Below are positions 1 through 9,222 of a stretch of 64,000 nucleotides of DNA, one piece after another. Source of the DNA: Promethearchaeota archaeon. GTDB lineage: Archaea; Asgardarchaeota; Lokiarchaeia; Sigyniarchaeales; SOKP01. The stretch spans positions 9,166 to 73,165 of the forward strand of contig JAHPZJ010000013.1 of NCBI GenBank assembly GCA_019058245.1. The letters are read 5' to 3'. The position numbers and the translations under genes were made by a program. Within the stretch, counting starts at the first letter, position 1. Each line of letters starts with the position of its first letter. Under the pieces are notes generated by a model. The model saw nothing but the letters and a program-made list of their open reading frames with translations, was not told the DNA's origin and ran no database searches.

Positions 1-7
1 TATTAAA

Positions 8-511
8 TCACCATAATAAACCTATTAGTACAAATGCAATAACCATAAGTATTATATTACTGACAATTCCAATAATACCTAATACATTCCCAACTTTTAT
101 GAATTTATTCATAGGTTCCAACTCTCTGGCATGTTGATTATTGACTTTAGATGCAATTCCAAAGATTAAACCCACAATATGAAAAATACTTAGTATTATA
201 AACACTATTGGAACATATCGAGGGTAATAATAATTTGAAATGGGCTCAATTGTATAACCAGCACCAATGTTGTATAACGTATACGCTATAACTAAAGATG
301 CAACACCAAATCCTAAAGTTTTTTTTGAATAAGGCTTATTTTCTCTAATCGGCCATTGTTGGATAACTTGAACACCAGGATTTTGGAGAGTTGAAGTGGG
401 ATTAGCTATTTTACTTAGTTGATCTGAAACTTCTGCAAGCTCTTCTCCACAATTCTTACAAAATCTCTGATTTGGATTTTCAATTTTAATACCACAATTA
501 GGACAAAACAT
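8..511 (-). CDS. Zinc-ribbon (double CxxC) N-terminal, 3-TM membrane protein; paralogue of 37050-37601 and 37856-38383
   Basis: MFCPNCG...FCKNCG followed by three hydrophobic helices; start moved to ATG 511 to match the MFCPECG starts of the paralogues. Confidence 0.75.
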   Translation of the reverse strand: MFCPNCGIKIENPNQRFCKNCGEELAEVSDQLSKIANPTSTLQNPGVQVIQQWPIRENKPYSKKTLGFGVASLVIAYTLYNIGAGYTIEPISNYYYPRYVPIVFIILSIFHIVGLIFGIASKVNNQHARELEPMNKFIKVGNVLGIIGIVSNIILMVIAFVLIGLLW

Positions 512-641
512 TATTCGCCATCTATAAGAAGTTATATATAGCATTCTCAAATGCTTTAATTAAATAATGTAAAATTACATAAATAAATTCTTTGTAAAAT
601 TCTAATTTATAGGAAAAAAAATGTTAATTAAGACTAATAAG

Positions 642-1994
642 TTAAATAGTAGATAAAGCTTTTATTTCAATTTCTTGTTTTTCTAAAATCATTGGAGTTT
701 TTTCCCAGCTTATTTCTTTAGGAAGAGAAAATTGTCGTAAAAACATGTATAGATGGATATAACCGCTAATTAGGAATAAAAGCAATACACTATAATGCTT
801 ATCTCCATACTTTCTTATTGAATTAAATAAAAAGCCTACTTGAAAGAATAATAAAGCAAGATCCCAGAATAATAGATAATTCTCTCCTATTAGGAAATGA
901 AGGATTGAAAATCCAATAACAATAGGAATCCAAGTATCTATATTTCCTAAAATCATCATTGTCATATTTCGTGAGATTATTAAACTCTTACCATTTTTAT
1001 TTTCACTCTTCATTGACATTAGTTGTGGCATATCAAAAATAAATCCTGCTAACCAACGCGTTCGTTGTTTTGTTAAGATTTTCCAAGTATTAGGCACATA
1101 TTCATAAACTTTTGCTTTTGGAGAAAAATATATTTGTACTCCATCCAGATTTAAAAGTACAGAAAGATATAGATCTTCTGTCATTGAATCTTCATTAAAA
1201 CCACCATATTTCAAAAGATATTTCGTACTAACTGCGAAATTTCGTCCGAATGAGTAAGCAGAAGCACCTAATCTGTTTTTCGTTTCAAATATTAATCCTC
1301 CCCCCGATACAATAGCATAATCAAGAAGAATTCCTCTTGTTAATTTATTATCCTTCCAGTTTTTAACTAAAACTGGACCAATAACAGCATTTATTTTTGA
1401 TTTTTGAAATGGAGATATAAGATATTTTAATGTATTTTTTTGCAATATGCACCCAGAATCATAGAGAACAACAATCTCATTTTTTACATATTTTAAACCA
1501 TAATTTAGGGCAGGTGGTTTTCCTTTTTTCGGAAGATCCTCTGATAATATCTTAATATCGATTGATCTGTGCTTTTCAGCAAAAACATTACAGAATTCAG
1601 TTGTACCATCAGTTGAGCCGCTAGTAATTATAATTACCTGTATCTTTTCCTTAGGATAATCGGATTCAACGATTGAATTCAGGGTTCTTTCTAATAATAT
1701 TTTTTCATTTTTAGAAGCAATTAAGATGCTTATATCAGCATAATAAGGTGTTCTAGTTCTATAACCTTTCCCAAAAGATGCAAAGAAATGCATACCGTAA
1801 AAAATTATGAAACCAAGTAGCATAAGTAAACCAAATAATGGAAATATGTACCACCAGTAAGTTAAAGGGTCAAGAAAAAATCGATCAATTGCTCTTTTCA
1901 CTCCAGATGAAAAAATAGGTGGAGAATACATATGAAAAAGAACAAAAATTGCTACACATATAGAACCATATAAAATAAGTTTTGAAACTTTCAC
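642..1994 (-). CDS. Membrane GT2 (cellulose synthase-like) glycosyltransferase
   Basis: STDGT, KGKPPALN, TED and QRTRW (QxxRW) motifs; N- and C-terminal TM helices. Confidence 0.9.
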   Translation of the reverse strand: MKVSKLILYGSICVAIFVLFHMYSPPIFSSGVKRAIDRFFLDPLTYWWYIFPLFGLLMLLGFIIFYGMHFFASFGKGYRTRTPYYADISILIASKNEKILLERTLNSIVESDYPKEKIQVIIITSGSTDGTTEFCNVFAEKHRSIDIKILSEDLPKKGKPPALNYGLKYVKNEIVVLYDSGCILQKNTLKYLISPFQKSKINAVIGPVLVKNWKDNKLTRGILLDYAIVSGGGLIFETKNRLGASAYSFGRNFAVSTKYLLKYGGFNEDSMTEDLYLSVLLNLDGVQIYFSPKAKVYEYVPNTWKILTKQRTRWLAGFIFDMPQLMSMKSENKNGKSLIISRNMTMMILGNIDTWIPIVIGFSILHFLIGENYLLFWDLALLFFQVGFLFNSIRKYGDKHYSVLLLFLISGYIHLYMFLRQFSLPKEISWEKTPMILEKQEIEIKALSTI

Positions 1995-2008
1995 ATTATT
2001 AAACCTTT

Positions 2009-2935
2009 TTACATTTCTTTATCCATTTTTTTTAAGTTTTTCCAGATATATTTTGCAAATCCAATTACTGAATAGATCATAATGCCTAATAAACTAATTT
2101 GGTATATAAACATTGACCATGTTATTATTCCAGTATGCGAAGCAGTCCAAATTGAGGTAGCAGAGGAATTGATTAAACCAGTTATTAAAACTGCAAGACT
2201 TGAAACCCCGTAAGCTAAAAAAAATGAGGAAATTACTAATATTCTGGTTATTCTTTCTCCAACAAATGGTTTTGTTTCATGCATCCCTAATCCTTCATGT
2301 CTAGCTCTCATATATTCATAAATAAAAATTAGAATTATATTGGTCCAGATCATCCATTTAAAATCATAATTTATGAATATTGAAAGACTTGTGGGAATTA
2401 GACATACTAGCATTAAAGTATCACTAACCCGATCTATCACATTGTCTAACCAAGCACCGCTTTTCGATTTTATATCTAATAACCTTGCAATAGCACCATC
2501 AACCCCATCTATAATTCCAGTAAATATAACCAATAAGCCAATTGCAAAGAACCAGGCTCCATAAAAAGGTTGTTTCGTCAATAGATCTAATGTATGCCCT
2601 TCACCCGCCATTATTACACCATAAAAAATAAAAAATGATAATATTAAATTTATAAAGGATACTTTATTCGGAGTTAACCCCAACTTTATGAAAAATTTGG
2701 CCCCCTTATAAGTCATCGGCATATATAATAAGCCAGAAGGATCCTTTTTCATTTGTATAAATTGTTCTTCTAATTTATGTGCTTGTCCATGATCCTTTAA
2801 CCAATCTTTTATAAATTCATCACAACTCATAAATTCTTGGTTTGAATTTTTATTTGATCTGCTACTTATGAATATTATAATTAGTAAAATAATTAGTACT
2901 ATTGGAAATCCTATCTTAAAGATTAAATCTGTCAT
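2009..2935 (-). CDS. CDP-alcohol phosphatidyltransferase family protein
   Basis: TPNKVS plus DGVDGAIAR...GAWLDNVIDRVSD signature. Confidence 0.9.
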   Translation of the reverse strand: MTDLIFKIGFPIVLIILLIIIFISSRSNKNSNQEFMSCDEFIKDWLKDHGQAHKLEEQFIQMKKDPSGLLYMPMTYKGAKFFIKLGLTPNKVSFINLILSFFIFYGVIMAGEGHTLDLLTKQPFYGAWFFAIGLLVIFTGIIDGVDGAIARLLDIKSKSGAWLDNVIDRVSDTLMLVCLIPTSLSIFINYDFKWMIWTNIILIFIYEYMRARHEGLGMHETKPFVGERITRILVISSFFLAYGVSSLAVLITGLINSSATSIWTASHTGIITWSMFIYQISLLGIMIYSVIGFAKYIWKNLKKMDKEM

Positions 2936-3261
2936 TTTGGTTGAAAAGTTTTGTTAATAATTTTTTCATATAATGATTGAATCTGTATTTGTAAATAGGT
3001 TATAAGCAATATTTAAACTTATTGTAATTTAGATTTTGAGTCTTCCCTAATAAATTTAATAATATTTTTAATAGTCACATTAATATATTCTCATCAAATT
3101 CTTTTAAAATATCAAGAAACATTTAACCTTGGTGTATTATTTTTTAATATAAGGCGAGCATTTAATATTCCCAGAAATTAAAAATTGGTCCCCTCATATA
3201 ATATAAATGAATTTATTTTTCTTTTAATTAAAGAATAAATTTTACACCTAGGTAAATATAA

Positions 3262-4086
3262 ATGTCAAGTTCGAATTTAGAAATGAAATGGAATGAGTTA
3301 GGGAAAAAATTTCGATATATTGGGGGACTTTTTATCTTAATTATAATTCCGTATATAGCATTTGCGGCTCTTATAATACAATTAATAATGATTTTCTTGG
3401 TAATAAACGATTTGAATGATATTAATCGCGAATTAAAGAATCCACAACTTACTGAATTTCGTTCAAGGTATTTAACGACGAGTATAATTAAATTTGCTGG
3501 AGCATTTATCCTTCATCTAGCTTGGACTATGATGGTTGGATTAATATATTTAAGATCTTATCAAATATTTTTCCCACATCCTATATTACCCCCAGTTCTT
3601 AGATTCGTTCCTACAATAGTCTTGTTTATAATAGGATTTGTTCTTATGATTGTTGGTTCTAGTATTGAAATGGGTGCTTGGGACAATTTAAAGACCTACT
3701 TTATTCAGAATAGAGAGTTGTTTCCGAATAACAATGGAAAAGTTGCAATCGATGGTACAGAAAAATTAAAAAATGGCAATATTCTTTGGGTGCTTGGCTT
3801 TTTATTTATACCTATCATAATTGGATGGATATTCCATATAAGTGGGTATTTTAAAATATCAAAAATTGCTCAACAGGACCTTATCATTAGTAAAGAGCCG
3901 ATTAAAGTCGTAGAACCACAATATGCTTATGTTTCTGCTCCAGCTAATACATCTTCTCCTGTTTCCAAACCTATCTCTGCTCCAGTTCAAAATATTGAAG
4001 ACGATGTTAAATTTTGCCCACTTTGTGGGGCCAGAGTAAGAGAAGGAAAATATTGCGGAGAATGTGGAACGCAAGTAAGAGATTAA
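3262..4086 (+). CDS. Multi-pass membrane protein with C-terminal zinc ribbon
   Basis: Several TM segments, Pro/Ser linker, CPLCG...CGECG at the C-terminus. Confidence 0.75.
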   Translation: MSSSNLEMKWNELGKKFRYIGGLFILIIIPYIAFAALIIQLIMIFLVINDLNDINRELKNPQLTEFRSRYLTTSIIKFAGAFILHLAWTMMVGLIYLRSYQIFFPHPILPPVLRFVPTIVLFIIGFVLMIVGSSIEMGAWDNLKTYFIQNRELFPNNNGKVAIDGTEKLKNGNILWVLGFLFIPIIIGWIFHISGYFKISKIAQQDLIISKEPIKVVEPQYAYVSAPANTSSPVSKPISAPVQNIEDDVKFCPLCGARVREGKYCGECGTQVRD

Positions 4087-4265
4087 AAAAACATCTTGAA
4101 AAAAATACTTATTTTTTTTATCCTTTTTTAATAAAAATAGAAAAGAATCAAATCATTTAAGATCCTAAAAAATATTAAGAAGATCACTAATTTTTCTCAA
4201 AATTAGTTCTGTAAATACATAACTTAAAACAGCTTAATAAGATTTATATACTCCTTTTTCTCTTC

Positions 4266-5402
4266 TTATCTTGAATCTATATACGCTTCAGTTATTGCCG
4301 AACAACCCCCACATTTTACACAACCCGCCTTATTTTTCAGAGGATTTACTCCATATTCCCTCATCAATTTTCCACTTCTTTTATAAATTTCCAATAAATC
4401 TTGGTAGTTGGTGGTAGGCAAATCTATTTTGCTGGGAATTGCTCTTACAGGAGTAATATAGGGAATAACTCCAAGTGAGATTAGTTTTTCTAGATCCTTT
4501 ATGAATTTAACTTTAGATTCTCCAAATCCCGTCAAAACATAACTACTAACTTGATTTTCACCAAAAACATCAAGAGCATGTTTCCAATTCATTTCATACA
4601 ATTCATAAGAAAGACTAGATTTTCCAGGGGTAATCTCCTTTCTTAGCTTATCATTCAAAACTTCGATATGAATTCCAATCGTGTCAGCACCAGCCTCTTT
4701 TAACTTATCGATGTAATTCATGTCCTCTAAGGCTTCGATTTGTACGTGTAGAGGGAGAGCTGGGTGATCATTTTTTATGTTTTTTAATAGTTCAATATAA
4801 CGATTCGCACCTTTATCAATATTTTCATCAGTTCCACTAGTCAATGTCATATGAGAGCATCGACCTTCTTTTTTCGCTGCAGAAATTACTTCTAACATTT
4901 GTTTAGGTGTTTTTTCCTCTATTGTTGTATCATATTGCAGACTCAATTCAATACCGCAAAATTTACAAGGTTCTCCACAAGCCCAATAAACACACTTTTG
5001 ATAAATAGTACTAGCCAAACAATCAACACCATGAACTAAGGCAATTCTGTTCATATCAATTCCATCAGAAGTCTTCAACTCATAAAACTTAGGATTCTCA
5101 ACCAGAATCAAATTACCGAATAATAGCCCATTACTGGTATCATATACTTCAAATAAATTTTTATTTTTTACTTTTAATGCTAAAGTGCTCTTTTTTCTAT
5201 CATTCCAAAGAGCAGTATTTACTAAAGTCTTACCATCCTCCAATATAAAATATCTACCCCCGAGGGGACCTGCTCCACCTTTTCGACCAAAGTCAATATG
5301 AATTCCCTGCTCCTTATATTGAGTTATTAAGTTACTGTCCAAGTATAATCCTTTACACAATAATTCTGTCTTCTGTTTTAATATTGTTTTATTCTCAATC
5401 AT
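4266..5402 (-). CDS. Radical SAM protein, MSMEG_0568-like family
   Basis: RKGGAGP motif, Cx8CxxC (CVYWACGEPCKFC), C-terminal AGCVKCGGCS. Confidence 0.8.
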   Translation of the reverse strand: MIENKTILKQKTELLCKGLYLDSNLITQYKEQGIHIDFGRKGGAGPLGGRYFILEDGKTLVNTALWNDRKKSTLALKVKNKNLFEVYDTSNGLLFGNLILVENPKFYELKTSDGIDMNRIALVHGVDCLASTIYQKCVYWACGEPCKFCGIELSLQYDTTIEEKTPKQMLEVISAAKKEGRCSHMTLTSGTDENIDKGANRYIELLKNIKNDHPALPLHVQIEALEDMNYIDKLKEAGADTIGIHIEVLNDKLRKEITPGKSSLSYELYEMNWKHALDVFGENQVSSYVLTGFGESKVKFIKDLEKLISLGVIPYITPVRAIPSKIDLPTTNYQDLLEIYKRSGKLMREYGVNPLKNKAGCVKCGGCSAITEAYIDSR

Positions 5403-5760
5403 TAATTTCTCTATAATAATCGAATAATTTTTAGATTTTTATTAAGTAAGTATTTTTTAGTTATTTTCTATGAGACATAAATATAGAGCCAATTTAATTT
5501 TGTTTATTATCGTAAATAAAAATATAGAATAAAATTTTTATTAACATTTTTCCAATCACTCCCTATGTTAAAACAAGAGTTTAAACTATAAATATGTTTT
5601 AAATTACTATTTTAATGAATTTTAAGCGATTTAAAATCAGAATTATAATATTTAAAAAGTAAAATGATAATGCCATTTATATTTTTAAACAAATACTCTT
5701 AATACCTAATTTAACCTCCTATTTTAATAATTAGAATTAAAGTGAATGGTGATAAGATAA

Positions 5761-6693
5761 ATCTTTAGATGAAAATTATGTCATAAAATTAGATACATTG
5801 CTTTTATAGTCGCTCTACTGATAGGATTATCTACTTCATTAATAGGAATGCTAATTCCAGTTAAAGGACAAGAAATCATATGGCCTGAGGATCTTAATGA
5901 TATTAATCATCTTGAATATTCTGTTGAATTCGATCCGGCAGAAAGAGGATATTCCAGAACGAAATATGCTATAGAATTGAATGAAATTATCGAAGGAAAT
6001 GAAAGGAATTTAAAAGTAGATTTATATTACAATGACTTAAATTTAACATCAACAATGAAAAATTATTATTATAAAATATCTCTTAATACACGTGAAATAT
6101 TAGATACAAGTGATGATTTTTATGATAATTACTCATTAGGAACTTCTACTGAACTTTTTTTGAATCTTTCTAATATAGGAAATCCACAATCATTTCGAAT
6201 AGATGAGAATATAATCTTTGCTGAATATCTAAGAGACGATTTATCATTAGGAATAAAGAAATTAAATCTCGAGTTTAATTATGCTGGAGAAGTAATATAC
6301 AACAAGGATTTATTACAAAATATTACTACTTATCATTACAATGTAACTTATTCTTGGAATACTGCTGGAATAACCTGAGAAACACTCACACTTTGGACTT
6401 TCCGAGCAGATTATTTTTTCGATAAAAATACTGGGGTTCTAGTAGCTGAAAACCTACATGCTCATCGATGGAATTATTGGGAGGCAAAAAATTCATATTC
6501 TCATCATGATGATTACTATTTTTACCGCAAATTAGCGATGGTTAATTCTTTGGTTATATTGGAAAATTATCAGAAGATCGAGAAAGAATATGGCTTTTCA
6601 CTTCTAAATAGTATTCCTTGGTTTTTACTTTTAATAGGCGTTGGTTCTTTTGTTTTAATTACTGGAATACTGTTTAAATTAAAAAGAAAATAA
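5761..6693 (+). CDS. Candidate selenoprotein: signal peptide, extracellular domain with in-frame UGA (6376-6378) and C-terminal TM anchor with KLKRK tail; start uncertain
   Basis: Frame stays open for 104 codons after TGA 6376 and ends in a TM helix plus basic tail at TAA 6691-6693; in-frame signal-like stretch upstream of ATG 5848; SECIS-like hairpin 20 nt after the stop. Confidence 0.6.
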
Positions 6694-6698
6694 TAAAA

Positions 6699-6776
6699 AA
6701 GGAGAATAATCAATGAGTCTACTCTATAAATTTTAGATTGTAGATGAGTTAAAGGATTGCACCTTTTAAACTCCTT
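6699..6776 (+). promoter_or_regulatory. Eukaryote/Loki-type SECIS-like element
   Basis: AUGA 6713-6716; helix GUCUAC-UCUA/UAGA-(UU)-GUAGAU; loop UAAAUUU with AAA 6728-6730; GA 6746-6747; lower pairings UAAUC/GAUUG and AAGGAG/CUCCUU. Confidence 0.65.
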
Positions 6777-7147
6777 ATAAATAATCTTTCTTCCATTAAA
6801 TAAAAATATCTATTTATATTAATGAATAATTTTTTAAATCAAATTGTTGAGATCGATAAACATTGTCTTGAAAAGAGATTATAAAAAAATCATTGGAAAT
6901 AGAAAAGTTTAGGTTATATTCAAAAATATAAAATGAATGGAAACAAATAATGCAAACAGGACCATTTGAATATTAACTTCTAATTTATATATTATTATTG
7001 TTATTTGAATAATCAAAAAGACTTCCGTTATAATAAAACTTATTAGAAATAAGATATTTTAGAAAATCATAATAAAAAAATTTTCTTTGATTAAATCTAT
7101 CAATCTTTAGAAAACTTAAAAATCCTTTACCAAAAAGGTGATTAAAT

Positions 7148-7780
7148 ATCGCTCATAAGCGTCCGTGGAGATGTTATAATAAATGGTCTCGCAGACCGTT
7201 TCAATATAAGAGAAGTTCAAATCGTAGAAGAGAATATGCTCGCGGAGGCGCACAAAGCAAGATTGTAAGATACTGGGGTGGAAATAAATCAATTCCTTGG
7301 GAAGAATGGGAACTTGTAGTTGGTTTGAAAGCAAATTCCCAAATTCAAATCTCTTCAAATACTCTCGAAGCCCTTCGAATTACGGTTAATGGTGCACTTC
7401 AAAATAGACTTGGTAGGCAAAACTTTAGACTGCGAATTCGACCTAAACCATTTCAAAAATATAGAGAGAATAGAATGTTGGCATTCGCCGGGGCAGATCG
7501 TGTACAATCGGGTATGAGAAATTCATTTGGAAGATCCACAGGAGTTTGTGCTCGTATTCGAGCAGGTCAAATAATACTTGAAGTAGGTGCTCACTTAAGA
7601 AATTTGCCCTTGGTAAGAGATCGTTTGCGGATTGCTAGTATGAAAATTTCAAGTTCATGTCAAATAGTTATATTGAAATATAAAACTCCAGAACTACTAA
7701 AAAAATCAGGATTACCGTTATATGATGACAAAAAAAGAAGAGAAATTCCTCTATACGAGTTAGAATTTGCTAAAACCTAA
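7148..7780 (+). CDS. rpl10e: 50S ribosomal protein uL16 (L10e), with non-canonical ATC start
   Basis: LEALRI, RENRMLAFAGADRVQSGMRNSFG; the conserved N-terminus AHKRPWRCY lies upstream of the ORF-track start; GGTGA is 6 nt before ATC 7148, with an in-frame TGA at 7139. Confidence 0.95.
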   Translation: MAHKRPWRCYNKWSRRPFQYKRSSNRRREYARGGAQSKIVRYWGGNKSIPWEEWELVVGLKANSQIQISSNTLEALRITVNGALQNRLGRQNFRLRIRPKPFQKYRENRMLAFAGADRVQSGMRNSFGRSTGVCARIRAGQIILEVGAHLRNLPLVRDRLRIASMKISSSCQIVILKYKTPELLKKSGLPLYDDKKRREIPLYELEFAKT

Positions 7781-7869
7781 TTTATTATTATTTTTTAACT
7801 ATATTTTAAATATTATAAAATACAATTAACTTAGAAATAATTAATTTTATAACTATTTGGAAATTAATC

Positions 7870-9219
7870 TTGAGAAATCTCGAACCTTTTTTTAATCCTA
7901 AGAGTATTTTAATCGTGGGAGTTTCAAGAAAAGCTTATACTTTTAGCTATACCATTCTAAAAAATTTATTAGAGATTTTTTATCGAGGAAAATTGTACAT
8001 TTTAAATCCTAATGCAGATGAGATTTTGGGTATTAAATCTTACCATTCTTTAGATGAGATACCTGAGATTCCAGATTTGGCAGTAATAGTTTTAGGAAAA
8101 AAAATCGCAGAAATCTTTGAAAAATTAGCAAAATTTGGTATAAGAAATATAGCTATTGAAGCAGAATTAAGAGTTGAAATTGAAGACCCAGTATTAATAC
8201 AAAATCTACATAATATTAGTATAGAGTATGGTGTTTCATTTATGGGACCATCAATGTTAGGTATAATTAATTTTAATAATAATTTTACTACATCCTTAAT
8301 CCCGGTAAGGCATTATCTTATGCGAAAACATAGGAAAATAAAAGAAGGGATCAGTTTTATAGCGCAATCTGGAGGATTAGCGGGAGCTATGGGTTGGTGG
8401 GCACCATCTCAAGATTTACCTATTTCAAAAGTAATCCATTTAGGGTATGGATTTGATATTAATGATGCTGATGTTTTAGAATATTTTAAAGAGGATAAAA
8501 CCACTAAAGTAATTTCTCTTTTTTTAAGAGAAATCACAAATGACATAATTAATGCTGTAAAAGATATTTCTCCTATTAAACCCATATTATTTTTCTATGT
8601 AGGAAAAGACGAATTAAAAGAAAAAAGATTAATTGAAGCAGGTGGAATCAATGTTCTAAATTATATAGAACTATTTGATTTAGCAAAAATATTCTTGTGG
8701 TGTCCAAAACCAGAAGGACCTAACTTAGGGATAATTGGACCAAGTTCTGGAGCAATTCATTTAATTGTTAAAGAAATGAGAACTCAAGGTCTCTCACTAG
8801 CTAAAGTAAGTAAAGAACATAAAGATATTATTCTTAATAAAGTAGGAGGATCAACGTGTAGGTTAGGTAATCCAGTTGATTATTGGCCTCCTGAACGATT
8901 TGTTGGTACTAAAATTTGTGAAATCTATAACACATCTTCGAAGACTCTATTAAATGATAATGCTGTTGATGGTTTAATATTAGCCCTCGAATTTTTTATA
9001 GAAATAGAATTCGATTTTAATATCTTTGATAAAATTAAAAAGACCTTTCCAAATAAACCAATATTAACGATACTAATACAAGCAGAGCATGAGGGTGCTA
9101 AAAGAGTTATAAAATCTGCTTCAGAACTTAAAATCCCTACTTTTGAGAATGAGATAGAAAGAGCAGTTAGAGGGTATAAATTACTATATAATTGGTATTC
9201 AAAAATAAAAAAGAAATAA
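7870..9219 (+). CDS. NDP-forming acyl-CoA synthetase alpha-subunit-like CoA-binding protein lacking the phospho-His loop
   Basis: FFNPKSILIVGVS, AQSGG and NPVD motifs; the SHTG segment is absent. Confidence 0.8.
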   Translation: MRNLEPFFNPKSILIVGVSRKAYTFSYTILKNLLEIFYRGKLYILNPNADEILGIKSYHSLDEIPEIPDLAVIVLGKKIAEIFEKLAKFGIRNIAIEAELRVEIEDPVLIQNLHNISIEYGVSFMGPSMLGIINFNNNFTTSLIPVRHYLMRKHRKIKEGISFIAQSGGLAGAMGWWAPSQDLPISKVIHLGYGFDINDADVLEYFKEDKTTKVISLFLREITNDIINAVKDISPIKPILFFYVGKDELKEKRLIEAGGINVLNYIELFDLAKIFLWCPKPEGPNLGIIGPSSGAIHLIVKEMRTQGLSLAKVSKEHKDIILNKVGGSTCRLGNPVDYWPPERFVGTKICEIYNTSSKTLLNDNAVDGLILALEFFIEIEFDFNIFDKIKKTFPNKPILTILIQAEHEGAKRVIKSASELKIPTFENEIERAVRGYKLLYNWYSKIKKK

Positions 9220-9222
9220 AAA

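Noticed and set aside
7116-7358. 80-aa minus-strand ORF
   Set aside because: Shadow of the true uL16 N-terminus on the plus strand.
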